DNA of 64,000 bases, from positions 19,734-83,733 of the forward strand of contig CAVWHM010000023.1 in NCBI GenBank assembly GCA_963754775.1, written 5' to 3'. The notes beneath the pieces were generated by a model. It did not search any database, was not told the origin of the DNA, and was given only the letters and a program-made list of their open reading frames with translations. Shown one piece after another: positions 9,824-20,200 of the stretch. The translations under genes and the position numbers were made by a program. Each line of letters begins with the position of its first letter. Within the stretch, counting starts at the first letter, position 1. The stretch is from an uncultured Verrucomicrobiae bacterium. Its GTDB lineage: Bacteria > Verrucomicrobiota > Verrucomicrobiia > Limisphaerales > UBA11358.

Positions 9824-11341
9824 TTACGGGGGCGCCGTGGCTGGAATGGTCGGTGCCGGCGGCGGCGCGTTAGTGCGCGGCAGCCGCCCAATCCAGATGC
9901 CGCTGACACCATAATTCCATTCGAGTTGTGGAATGTTGGGCGGGCTGCCGCGTCCGCCGCGGATGACCAATCGGTCAGCCGGCCGCATTTTTTCCACCCA
10001 CGGCGCGTAGCCTCTGGCGTCGCCGTAATTCCACAATATTTTCTGGTAAATCTCGAAATCTTCCTTCGGCATCCACGTTGGCTCGAAACCAAGCATGTAT
10101 CGCCAGTCGCCCTTGGGATTTTTGAAGAAGGTCTGGAAAAACACGGTCACGTCTGCCGTGTAAAAAATGCCGCCCTTGTCCGGCAGCCAGCCTTTGAGGT
10201 CGGGATTGTCGGCGGTCAGGTATTGACTCACGAGGGTTGAGGACCAGCGGCTGTTGAGATCGCTGGTCAAACACAGAAACGCCAAAGCCCCCAGCCCGCA
10301 CACCAGCCCCAGCCGTTTGAACGAATCCACCGCGAACCGCGCCTGCAAAAGCAACTGCAAATCGCACGTCATCAAAACCATCAATGCCGGCCAGCCCCAA
10401 TCCTCCCAGAAACGCGAGATGGTGAAGCCGAGCACCCAGCAGACACAAACGAGCCAGAATGCCGGGGTGGCGGTCAACGGCCGCGCGTTTAATTTCGCCA
10501 GCCGGCGCAAAATCAGCAGCCCGCCCAGGATGATCAGCGCCAGCACGTCGCCACCAAACGGCACCAATTCCGACGCCATCGTGCGCGTGGTGGAGTGCAT
10601 CCCGCCGGCGAGCAGTGCCAGTTTCACCGCTTGCACCGGATAACCCACGGGATGCCCCGTGAGCGCTGAGCCGAGCAAAACCCCCGCCACCCAGCCCGCC
10701 GTCAGTGCCAGCCCCCCGCGGAACTGTCCGGCGAAGAAAAACGCCGCGATGGGCAACACCCACAAATACCAGGCTCCGTGCACAAATGTCGAAAGGGTGA
10801 ACAAGCCGGTCATCAATACAATCACCCGCCATTTCGGCGCCGATGCCCCGTACATCGGCCACAGCAGCAGCGTCATCAAAACAGTCATGGACACCAGGAA
10901 GGGCCGTCCGAGCGTGAACCGCTGCGGCAGGTCCGAAACAATCATCGTCACCGTCAACGTGATCAGCCATGCCTCCGGGCGCTTCAACCACGGCAGCACC
11001 GATCCGGCCGTGAGAAAAAAAAGCGCCACGACGGAAAAAATCACCAGCGCCTCGGCATCCCAGTTTTCCCAAAGATGAATTTTTTTTAGCAGCAAATTCC
11101 ACCCGAACTCATGGTCAATCCGGTAGGCGTGGTTGAGCACGAGGATGGCCGACCACGGCTTGCCGCTCACCGCCTTCGCTGCGTGCCGCAACGCGTCGTC
11201 ACCCGGCAAATAGCCGTAGCTGATGATTTTTAAGGGGATGGCCAGAATGACCAGAATGACAATCACCCAAACCGCCAGCGGAATGTAGCGCCGCAGCGCC
11301 TCAAGTGGCGATGCCTGGTGATTGCCGTGGTCGTCGGTCAT
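9824..11341 (-). CDS. Polytopic membrane protein, tandem paralogue 2
   Basis: Collinear with 8261-9802; shared GYLPxDDALRHAAKAVSGKPW and PQLEWNYGVS. Confidence 0.65.
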   Translation of the reverse strand: MTDDHGNHQASPLEALRRYIPLAVWVIVILVILAIPLKIISYGYLPGDDALRHAAKAVSGKPWSAILVLNHAYRIDHEFGWNLLLKKIHLWENWDAEALVIFSVVALFFLTAGSVLPWLKRPEAWLITLTVTMIVSDLPQRFTLGRPFLVSMTVLMTLLLWPMYGASAPKWRVIVLMTGLFTLSTFVHGAWYLWVLPIAAFFFAGQFRGGLALTAGWVAGVLLGSALTGHPVGYPVQAVKLALLAGGMHSTTRTMASELVPFGGDVLALIILGGLLILRRLAKLNARPLTATPAFWLVCVCWVLGFTISRFWEDWGWPALMVLMTCDLQLLLQARFAVDSFKRLGLVCGLGALAFLCLTSDLNSRWSSTLVSQYLTADNPDLKGWLPDKGGIFYTADVTVFFQTFFKNPKGDWRYMLGFEPTWMPKEDFEIYQKILWNYGDARGYAPWVEKMRPADRLVIRGGRGSPPNIPQLEWNYGVSGIWIGRLPRTNAPPPAPTIPATAPP

Positions 11342-11365
11342 GTTGGCGCGGCGCAATTTTGAAGA

Positions 11366-12295
11366 TCAAAACACCGTCGGCACGCCTTCGTCAAGCATTC
11401 GCAATTTGGAAGTGAGATTTTCCTTCGCGGCTATCTCGCGCAGCCAGCGCGGCGGCTCGTCCATTGCCTCGAACGACAATTTGAAGGTCCCGTAATGCAT
11501 CGGCACCAGCCAACGCGCCCGCAAATCCCGGAATGCCCGCACCGCTTCATCCGGTCCCATGTGCACGCGACGGAACGATTCCGGGTGATACGCGCCGATG
11601 GGCAACAGCGCGATTTCCGGATAAAGCCTTCTCCCGATGTCCTTGAAGCCGTCGAAATAGGCGCTGTCGCCCGCGTGATAAATTCTCCGGCCTTGATACT
11701 CCAGGACGAACCCGCCGTAACCGCGATGGTGATCGTGCAACGTGCGCGCGCCCCAGTGCTGGCTGGGCGTGAAGGTGACCTCCCAATTGCGTTGCGAAAA
11801 ACTCTCCCACCATTCCAGCTCGATGATGCGTGCGAAGCCGAGGTTCTGGGCCAGATCGCCGACGCCCCGCGGCATCACGCCGATTTTCGGACGCGGCAGG
11901 CGGCGCAACGTCGGTTTGTGGAAATGATCGAAGTGCGCATGCGTCAGCAGCACCAGATCAATCCGCGGCAGGTCGCGGATTTTCAAGCCGGAACGCTTGA
12001 TGCGCTTCAGGAGGAACAGCCAGTTCGCAAAATTCGGGTCAATCAAAACGTTCAGGTCCGTAAATTGGATTAAAAACGAGGCGTGACCAATCCAGGTGAT
12101 GGCCACCTGCCCGCGTTTGAGCTTCGGGAAAACCGGGTGGCGCTGCTGCCCGGTCCGCGGCGTGAGCCAGGCCTTCCAGATCAGTTCGCGAAAAAACGTG
12201 CGCGGATTGAAATGCTTCGACGGCGTCAAATCCTTGAACGAGCGCGGCAACTTCCGGCGCGGCGGCGCGGGTGGTGGTGAAACCGGTTTCGTCAT
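11366..12295 (-). CDS. MBL-fold metallohydrolase (NAPE-PLD/RomA-like)
   Basis: WIGHASFL, THAHFDH, AGDS, PIGAY, PMHYGTF. Confidence 0.9.
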   Translation of the reverse strand: MTKPVSPPPAPPRRKLPRSFKDLTPSKHFNPRTFFRELIWKAWLTPRTGQQRHPVFPKLKRGQVAITWIGHASFLIQFTDLNVLIDPNFANWLFLLKRIKRSGLKIRDLPRIDLVLLTHAHFDHFHKPTLRRLPRPKIGVMPRGVGDLAQNLGFARIIELEWWESFSQRNWEVTFTPSQHWGARTLHDHHRGYGGFVLEYQGRRIYHAGDSAYFDGFKDIGRRLYPEIALLPIGAYHPESFRRVHMGPDEAVRAFRDLRARWLVPMHYGTFKLSFEAMDEPPRWLREIAAKENLTSKLRMLDEGVPTVF

Positions 12296-12384
12296 ACAAC
12301 ACTTGCATTCTAACCCCGGCGCGCGCCGAGTGAAATGGAAAATCAATCCGCGACAACCGCGATGATCGCCGTTAAATTTCCCGC

Positions 12385-12939
12385 GTGAAAAATACGGCGA
12401 AGCAACTCGGCACCTTCCTGCGCAAACAGCCGAAACTCGGCATAGGTGTTCACATCGCCAAAACCGCTGTCGTGCTCGGCGACGTGACGCTCGGCGCGCA
12501 TTCCAGCGTCTGGTATGGCGCGGTGCTGCGCGGCGACATCAACCGCATCGTCGTCGGCCACCATTCCAACATCCAGGACAACGCCGTGCTGCATCTCGCG
12601 GACGATTTCCCGTGCATCGTCGGCAATTGGGTGACCGTCGGTCACGGCGCCATTGTTCACGCGTGTAAAATCGGCGACGAAGTGCTGGTGGGCATGGGCG
12701 CGGTAATATTGGACGGCGCGGTCATCGGCAAACAGACGATCATTGGCGCGAAGGCGCTCGTGACGCAGGGAATGAAAATCCCGCCCGGCTCACTCGTCCT
12801 CGGTGCGCCGGCAAAGGTCGTGCGCAAACTGACGAAGCAAGAACGCACCCGACTGAAATGGTGGGCGCAAAAATACGTGGACAACGGAGCGTATTGCCTG
12901 AAACACAAAATCAATGTGGGCAGGCCTTTGCTGAGTTAA
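12385..12939 (+). CDS. Gamma carbonic anhydrase family protein (YrdA-like)
   Basis: VLRGDIN, NIQDNAVLH, VTVGHGAIVH hexapeptide repeats. Confidence 0.9.
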   Translation: MKNTAKQLGTFLRKQPKLGIGVHIAKTAVVLGDVTLGAHSSVWYGAVLRGDINRIVVGHHSNIQDNAVLHLADDFPCIVGNWVTVGHGAIVHACKIGDEVLVGMGAVILDGAVIGKQTIIGAKALVTQGMKIPPGSLVLGAPAKVVRKLTKQERTRLKWWAQKYVDNGAYCLKHKINVGRPLLS

Positions 12940-12940
12940 C

Positions 12941-13021
12941 GTAGGAGTCGAGGTAACGAGACTCTGAAATTAATCCCGGTTGAGACGCGAGAAATTAGAG
13001 ACTCCTCACGTCGTCTCCTAC
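12941..13021. repeat. GTAG REP-like doublet (family C)
   Basis: GTAGGAGTCGAGGTAACGAGACTC...GAGACTCCTCACGTCGTCTCCTAC; related copy at 35342-35427. Confidence 0.75.
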
Positions 13022-13034
13022 GATTTTCCAAGAC

Positions 13035-13083
13035 AACGCACCGGCCTGAAATGGTGGGCGGAAAAATACGTGGACAACGGAGC
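13035..13083 (+). repeat. Direct-repeat copy of a 3' segment of the gamma-CA gene (12842-12890)
   Basis: 46/49 nt identical by eye. Confidence 0.85.
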
Positions 13084-13111
13084 TTGATATTCTGCATCGC
13101 CCATAAGGTTC

Positions 13112-14458
13112 TCACCTTCGCAACATCCCCGGTAAACCACCGCCCATCTTGGCCATCATTTTCTGGAGCTTGCCCATCTTCTTCATCATCTGCTGCATTT
13201 GCCCGAACTTGTTCAGCATCGTGTTCAATTCCGTCACGCTCACGCCGCTGCCCTTGGCAATGCGGATGCGGCGCTTGGCGTTCAGGAGAGCCGGGTTTCT
13301 GCGTTCCTGCAATGTCATCGCGCAAATCATCCCCTCCATGTGTTTGAATTCCTTTTCCTGCTTCGACAGGTCGCCCTGCTTTTTCAACATCTCCGTGCCG
13401 CCCGGCAGCATCCCCACAACGCTTTCGAGCGAGCCGAGCTTTTTCATCTGGCGCAATTGCTCAAGAAAATCCTCCAGCGTGAACTGGCCTTTGCGCATCT
13501 TTTCTTCCATGCGCTTCGCATCGTCCAGGTCCACCGCTTCAACGGCCTTCTCGACGAGGCTGACGACGTCGCCCATGCCGAGAATCCGTGACGCCATGCG
13601 TTCGGGATGAAACGGCTCGAACTCGTCGAGCTTTTCGCCCACGCCGGCAAACTTGATGGGTTTGCCGGTGACGGCTTTCATGCTCAACGCTGCGCCGCCG
13701 CGCGCGTCGCCGTCGAGCTTCGTTAAAATGGAACCGGTGATTTGCAGTGCCCGATCGAAATGCGTGGCCACGTTCACCGCTTCCTGGCCGGTGGCGGCGT
13801 CCAGCACGAGCAGGATTTCCTGCGGCTTCACCAGATCGCGCAGACGGACCAGTTCCTGCACGAGCGGCTCGTCAATCTGCAACCGGCCGGCGGTGTCGAA
13901 AATCAGAACGTTGCGGTTGTTTGTTTTCGCGAAATCGAGCGCTTCACGCGCGATCTTCGAAACGTCCGTTTCGCCACGTTTCACAAACACCGGCAACTCA
14001 AGCTGTTTGCCGAGCGTATCCAACTGGTCCATGGCCGCCGGACGGTAAACGTCCGCCGCGACGAGCAGCGGCTGGCGGCCTTGTTTCTGGAGCAGCCGCG
14101 CAAGCTTGCCGCTGGAGGTGGTTTTGCCCGAACCGTGCAAACCGACCATCAGGATGCAAGTCGGGTTGGCGTTCAAATTCAGCCCCGCGTTTTGCGAGCC
14201 AAGCAGGTCCACAAGTTCGTCGTGGATGATTTTGACAATTTGCTGGCCGGGCTGGATGCTTTGGACGACTTCCGCGCCGACCGACTTGGTTTTGACGCGT
14301 TCGATGAAATCGCGGGCGACCTTGAAATTTACATCGGCCTCCAGCAAGGCCATGCGGACTTCCCGCAGGGAATCGGCCACGTTGGCCTCGGAAATCTTTC
14401 CGAGCCCGCGCAGGTTCCGGAAGGCGTTCTGGAGCTTGCCGCTTAACGAATCGAACAT
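13112..14458 (-). CDS. ffh: Signal recognition particle protein Ffh
   Basis: LLEADVN, GSGKTT, DTAGRL, TKLDGDARGG, Met-rich M domain. Confidence 0.97.
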   Translation of the reverse strand: MFDSLSGKLQNAFRNLRGLGKISEANVADSLREVRMALLEADVNFKVARDFIERVKTKSVGAEVVQSIQPGQQIVKIIHDELVDLLGSQNAGLNLNANPTCILMVGLHGSGKTTSSGKLARLLQKQGRQPLLVAADVYRPAAMDQLDTLGKQLELPVFVKRGETDVSKIAREALDFAKTNNRNVLIFDTAGRLQIDEPLVQELVRLRDLVKPQEILLVLDAATGQEAVNVATHFDRALQITGSILTKLDGDARGGAALSMKAVTGKPIKFAGVGEKLDEFEPFHPERMASRILGMGDVVSLVEKAVEAVDLDDAKRMEEKMRKGQFTLEDFLEQLRQMKKLGSLESVVGMLPGGTEMLKKQGDLSKQEKEFKHMEGMICAMTLQERRNPALLNAKRRIRIAKGSGVSVTELNTMLNKFGQMQQMMKKMGKLQKMMAKMGGGLPGMLRR

Positions 14459-14529
14459 CGCATCAAACTAACAAGCGCGGGCGAATTGACAAGCGCGCGG
14501 CGGCGTGGCTTAATATCCGGCCACGCATT

Positions 14530-14585
14530 GGTAGGGCGGCGCTGCTGCGCCGCAATGGCAGGCCGCGCGGCAGCACGGCCCTACC
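14530..14585. repeat. GGTAGG double-hairpin REP-like element (family B), intergenic
   Basis: GGTAGG GCGGCG ctgctg CGCCGC ... GCCGCG cggcag CACGGC CCTACC. Confidence 0.8.
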
Positions 14586-14593
14586 TTTTGGTT

Positions 14594-14678
14594 GGTAGGT
14601 TACCCAAGTGGCCAACGGGGGCAGACTGTAAATCTGCTGGCTATGCCTTCGATGGTTCGAATCCATCACCTACCACCA
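14594..14678 (+). tRNA. tRNA-Tyr(GTA)
   Basis: GGTAGGT acceptor stem pairing with ACCTACC, anticodon arm GCAGA-CTGTAAA-TCTGC, GGTTCGAATCC T-arm, encoded CCA. Confidence 0.95.
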
Positions 14679-15014
14679 CTTCCAAATATCGGGGGAAACA
14701 CCCGTTTTTATTCAATATTATCACACGATAACCAGTTTTATCGCTGCCAGAATGAAACAGCGGGGTTGAGCCGTGCTGTCCGCAATCATTTCGTCCCGCG
14801 TGCTTTTAACGACGGGTTCCGTTAGTCCAAACCCGGTCCTGGGAATATTTCCAAATGGCTTTTCTTGCATGGTGAATGCAATTACATTCCGGCCGGTGAA
14901 GTGAGGCAATACGCTCCTGGCAGCCTTTCTTCTGCGCGGCGATGGCATTGGGAATTGCTCACAGTGGATTGTTGTCCCTGCTTTGGACGCCGAAGTAGTT
15001 TATTATCCGATTTT

Positions 15015-15752
15015 ATGTCAACGACCCTTGGCCGCAAGGCGGCTGTGATTGCGGTTTACGCCGAGAAATACGTGTTGTCTCTCGTCTTTTTATATGCCGC
15101 CCAAAACGAGTTCCATAAACTCTGGGTTGGCTGGTCCGGGCCTCCAGGTACAGCCAGCGCCGTGTTTGTTGGAGTTGTCCGTCACGTAATTTTTTTCCTG
15201 CTGAACTTATTCGTCGGTCTGCTGTTGTTGCTCGGGCGCCGGGCTGTCGTGCCGCCGCAAAAGCTCAAAGACATTCTCATCCCTTTGGCCTCGTCTTTGG
15301 CCCCCCTCATGTACCAGACCATTCCATGGTTTCCGATATCGCTTCAAAAAAGTCTTTGCCCGCCTGATTTGCAAATGCCTCTCGCTGCCGTCGGCTTGTT
15401 TCTTGGCATCACCGGGCCGGTGGTGGCAATCTGGAGCGTTCTGTATCTGGGGCGGTCTTTCGGCATTCTGGTTGTGGTGAGAAAGGTGGTTCTGGGCGGG
15501 CCTTACAAATGGGTGCGCCACCCGATGTATCTGGGTTATATTTGCCAGTTGGCCGGCCTTGTTCTCGCGATCTTTTCTTGGGCTTGTTTCATTCTCGTCC
15601 CAATTCACGTTTTTCTGTTGCTTTACCGGGCACGTCTGGAAGAAGCGCGGCTTTCCGAATACAGCGCGGAATATCGGGAATCCATGAAGCGCACCGGCTT
15701 CATTTTCCCGAGACTCCGGCGCCTTGCCGGCAGTTCGCTGGAAGCGGAGTGA
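15015..15752 (+). CDS. Isoprenylcysteine carboxylmethyltransferase/PEMT family membrane protein
   Basis: GPYKWVRHPMYLG and RARLEEARL motifs. Confidence 0.8.
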   Translation: MSTTLGRKAAVIAVYAEKYVLSLVFLYAAQNEFHKLWVGWSGPPGTASAVFVGVVRHVIFFLLNLFVGLLLLLGRRAVVPPQKLKDILIPLASSLAPLMYQTIPWFPISLQKSLCPPDLQMPLAAVGLFLGITGPVVAIWSVLYLGRSFGILVVVRKVVLGGPYKWVRHPMYLGYICQLAGLVLAIFSWACFILVPIHVFLLLYRARLEEARLSEYSAEYRESMKRTGFIFPRLRRLAGSSLEAE

Positions 15753-16155
15753 AAGGAACTGTCTGGAAGGCCCAAACGGCAGCGCGTCGCCAGCCGACCG
15801 GCGGCTCGCACCGGGAACATGCCCCCACACTCCTTTCGGGGCGGGCGTCCAACATCACCCATCCTTCGTAACAGTTCTGCGGGGCACGGAAACGCCGAAT
15901 GCCGAATTTTCCTCCTCGTGAACAATTTAAATTTCGATGTTCGTTATTTGATGTTTTTGACAAAAAACCCACGAGCGAGCCGCCCAAGCGAGCCGCCTGC
16001 GCCGAAATCAGCGGGTTACACGATCATTTTGGGGCAGAATCGTCATTTGCCTAAAAATGGACTTAAAATTTGGCAATCTTGGGCAAAGCCTCCAGAAGCA
16101 GAAAAGGCTCCAAGCAATTTGCCTTGGAGCCTTTCGACAATTATTTGATTTGTGA

Positions 16156-17121
16156 CTAATCAAATGCGTGACCGGCGCAGCAGAGCACGTCTTTGATTTT
16201 GTGCCGGACAAGGTCTTTTACTTGTATCCGGGCCGGACCGAGATACTTGCGCGGATCAAATTCCTTCGGATTTTCAAACAGCGCTTTGCGGATGGCCGCC
16301 GTCATGGCCAGGCGCAGATCAGTGTCAATGTTCACTTTCGTGCAACCGGTACGGCGTGCGACTTCAATGTCAGCCTCCGGCACGCCGGCGGTGTCAGTTC
16401 CCAGTTTGCCGCCGTATTTGTTGATTTCCTCGGCCAGCTCTTTCGGCACACTCGATGCGCCATGCAGCACGAGCGGATAATCGCCGAGGCCGGCATCCAT
16501 GAGCGCCTTTTTGATGGCTTTGAGCCGTTCCAGGTCGAGATGCTGTTCGCCTTTGAACTTGTAGGCGCCGTGGGAATTGCCGATGGCGACGGCGAGTGAA
16601 TCACAACCGCATTCCTTGACAAATTTCACCGCTTCCTCCGGATGCGTGTAATGGCCGCCATGCGAAAAGTTTCCGCCCGCCTCGCCTTCATCGAACTGCG
16701 CCCCCACAAGTTGGCCAAGTTCGGATTCCACCACGCAATTGTGTTTGTGGGCGTATTCCACGACTTTTTTGGTGATTTCGACGTTTTTCTCGAACGGCTC
16801 GTGGCTGGCGTCAATCATCACACTGGTGAACCCTTCGTCAATGCAGTCCTTGCACAGTTCGAACGTGTCGCCGTGGTCGAGATGCACCGCGATCGGGATC
16901 GTGGAGAGGCTGACGGCTGCCTCGATCAGCTTCTTGAGATAGACCGGGTTGGCGTATTGGCGCGCGCCCTTGGAAATCTGGAGCATCACCGGCGCCTTTT
17001 CTTCTTCACACGCCTCAACAATGGCCTGAAGCAATTCCATGTTGTTGACGTTGAACGCACCAAGGGCGTATTTGCCCTTCAACGCCTTCGCGAAAAGTTC
17101 TCTGGTGTGTGTCAGTGGCAT
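16156..17121 (-). CDS. fba: Class II fructose-bisphosphate aldolase
   Basis: GAFNVNN, HLDHG, SVMIDASH, GNSHGAYK, LVLHGAS, KVNIDTD. Confidence 0.95.
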   Translation of the reverse strand: MPLTHTRELFAKALKGKYALGAFNVNNMELLQAIVEACEEEKAPVMLQISKGARQYANPVYLKKLIEAAVSLSTIPIAVHLDHGDTFELCKDCIDEGFTSVMIDASHEPFEKNVEITKKVVEYAHKHNCVVESELGQLVGAQFDEGEAGGNFSHGGHYTHPEEAVKFVKECGCDSLAVAIGNSHGAYKFKGEQHLDLERLKAIKKALMDAGLGDYPLVLHGASSVPKELAEEINKYGGKLGTDTAGVPEADIEVARRTGCTKVNIDTDLRLAMTAAIRKALFENPKEFDPRKYLGPARIQVKDLVRHKIKDVLCCAGHAFD

Positions 17122-17293
17122 AAGCTTTCCATGTTGTTTGTTGTTGAATCGAATTCGGATTTTTCCAACAGCGGGCAATCATAGCCTAACCCGCTCAAAA
17201 GGAAATAAAAAATACAACCGGCAACGGCACGTTGTTTGTCATTTTTTGGATAAATTGCTTTGCGACCGGGCGACTTTGGACAAAAAATCCCGT

Positions 17294-20200
17294 GTGCAGG
17301 CGCGCTTCCTTCTCGGTCCCGCCGGCAGCGGCAAGACATTCCGCTGCCTTGCCGAAATTCGCGCCGCCTTGCAGGAAGACGCGGAGGGTTCGCCGTTGGT
17401 CCTGCTCGCGCCCAAACAGGCCACCTTTCAGCTCGAACGGCAGTTGCTCAATTCCGAATGGTGGGGCGAACGGCCCGTCCCGCCCGGCGGCGATCCGCGC
17501 GATCCAAAAGCAACTTCATCCGGCGGCTCGCCGGGCCTTCGCCGCGACGAAGCGGCTTCGCCCGCGCAGGCGGGAGTCTCGCCCCACCAGCTTTCGGGCT
17601 ACACGCGACTCCAAATTTTTTCATTCGAGCGGCTCGCACTGTTCGTCTTTGAAAAACTGCGGGTCGCGCCGCCGCAACTGCTCACCGAGGAAGGCCGCGT
17701 GATGGTCTTGCGTGCCTTGTTGATGCTGCATGAAAATGAATTGAAGTTGTTCCGCCGAAGCGCCCGCCGGCCGGGTTTCGCCCGGGAACTCAGCCGGTTG
17801 CTCGGTGAATTGCAGCAACACCAATTCACATCCGCCAAACTCCGCGCCCTCGCCTCCCGCCTGGCCGACCAACGCGAATTGCAGGATAAACTCCAAGACC
17901 TCGCGCTGCTGCTCGATGCTTATGCACACTGGTTGACCGAACATGAATTGCAGGATGCGAACCGGTTGCTGGATTTCGCAACGGACGCCTTAAGGGAACT
18001 CCGAACTCCCATCCTTCGCCCAGGAGCTACGGAGGGCAGGCCGAACTCGGAACTCCGATGTTCCGCCCTGTGGCTCGACGGCTTCGCGGAAATGACGCCA
18101 CAGGAATTGGACTTGCTCGCCGCCATCCTGCCGCATTGCGGGCGCGCGACACTGGCGTTCTGCCTCGAAAATGAACCCAAAGCCGAAACTACATGGTTTT
18201 CCATCTGGTCGTCCGTCGGCAAGACCTTTCAACAATGCCGGGAACGGCTCGCGAATCTGCCGCGTTGTGAAATCAGCGTTGAAATCCTCAAACGCCATCC
18301 GCAAAAAAACCGCTTTGCCCGGGATTCTGCGCTGCGGCATTTGGAGGCCGGCTGGCAAAGCAGCACGCGCGTCCCGCCTGCGAAATCCGAGGCCGACGAG
18401 GCTGCGCTGCCTTCGGTCCAAATTACAGTCTGTCAAAATCCCGAAGCCGAGGCCGCGTTCGCCGCGCGCGAAATTGTAAAATTTGTCCGCGCCGGCGCGC
18501 GGTTCCGCGACTGCGCCGTGCTCGTGCGGAACCTGGACGGATATCACAAACCGCTGGCGCGCGCATTTCGCCGCTATGGTGTCCCGTTTTTCCTGGATCG
18601 CCGTGAATCCGTCGCCCATCACCCGCTGGCCGAACTCACCCGCAGCGCATTCCGCACGGCGGCCTTCGATTGGCCGCACGACGACTGGTTTGCCGCGCTC
18701 AAGGCCGGATTCTCCGGGGTTGAAGAAATCGAAATTGACCGGCTCGAAAATGCCGCACTTGAATTCGGCTGGCGCGGCAATAAATGGCGCGAACCATTGC
18801 CGACCGGGGACCCTTCGCTTGAATGCCTGCGCAAAAAGATTTTCCCGCCGTTTGGGGATTTCGCCGTGCGGCTCACGCGACATAAAAACCAGCCGACCGG
18901 CGAGCAATTGGCTGAAGCCTTGCGCGAGTTTTGGGACGCACTCGACGTGGAAAAGACACTCGAAAAATGGAGCCTGCCCGAACGGGAAACCGCGTCACCC
19001 GTCACCCGTCACCAGTCACTTCATTCGACCGTCTGGGAACAAATGAACGTGTGGCTGGACAACGTAGCGCGCGCGTTTTCACGCGAAGCGCTGCCCTTGC
19101 GCGACTGGCTGCCGGTTTTGGAGGCCGGGCTGGCAAATCTGACCGTCGGTGTGATCCCTCCCGTGCTCGATGAAGTGCTGGTCGGCGCCATTGACCGCGC
19201 CCGCAATCCAAACTTGAAATTCACGCTGGTGCTCGGTGTGAACGAATCCGTCTTTCCCGCCGCGCCCGCCGCGCCCCCCATTTTGACGGACGCTGACCGC
19301 GATGAACTGGAACAAGGGGGCGTCACGCTCGGCCCGGATTTGCGTGAACGGCTGGCGCGGGAACGTTTCTACGGTTACATCGCCTGCACCCGCGCCAGCG
19401 AAAAACTGGCCGTGACCTTTGCCCGTCACGATGCCGATGGCAAAACCCTGAATCCATCGCCGTTTGTCTCGCAGTTGCAGCGGTTGTTTCCCAAACTGGA
19501 AATCGAGGAATTCAGCGGCGAAATCGGCCTGGCGGAAGTGGTGCATCCCATCGAAATCGCCTCGCCGCTCGTAGAACTAAACTCCCCTCACCCGGCCTTC
19601 GGCCACCCTCTCCCCGCCATGCGGCGCGAGGGACGGGGTGAGGGGCTCGACGACCAATGGTCTGAATTGCTTGAACTCCCGATGTTAAAAAAGTTCGCCG
19701 AGCGTTTACGCCGGTTGCGTGAGCCGGATCCAGCAGAAGATTTGTCGCCGGGACTGGCGGAAAGGCTTTTTGGCCCGGGGCTGCGGACTTCGGTGAGCCG
19801 GCTCGAGGAGTTTGCCCAATGCCCGTTCCGGTTTTTTGTCCGCAGCGGTTTGCGGGCCGGCGAGCGGAAGATTTTTGAACTCGACGCGCGGGAACGGGGC
19901 AGTTTCCAGCACGACGTGTTGAAAGTTTTCCATGAACGATTGGCCGCCGAAGGCAGACGCTGGCGCGATTTGACGCCGCCCCGGGCGCGGGAACGGATTC
20001 GCGCCATCGCGGTTGAATTGACGGAAAATTTCCGCGGCGGATTGATGCGCGACACGGCGCAGACCCGGTTCGAGGCGCGGGCGATGGCCGAATCATTGCA
20101 GGATTTCATCGAGGTCGTGGTGACGTGGCTGCGGGAGCAGAACGAATTTGATCCGGCGGCGGCGGAAATGGATTTCGGCGGTGACGACGCTCGCGCGCCG

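Noticed and set aside
14679-16150. Integrative element at tRNA-Tyr
   Set aside because: The region looks variable, but I see no integrase and no duplicated tRNA 3' end
17039-17293. N-terminal extensions called by the ORF track for addB (also carB 25853-26029, purC 62720-62836, nrdR 54113-54328)
   Set aside because: They overlap neighbouring genes, promoters or repeats; homology-like sequence starts at the later codons
17460-17588. Inteins or self-splicing introns as the explanation for the inserts
   Set aside because: Too short, with no C/S...HN intein termini and no group I/II intron core visible
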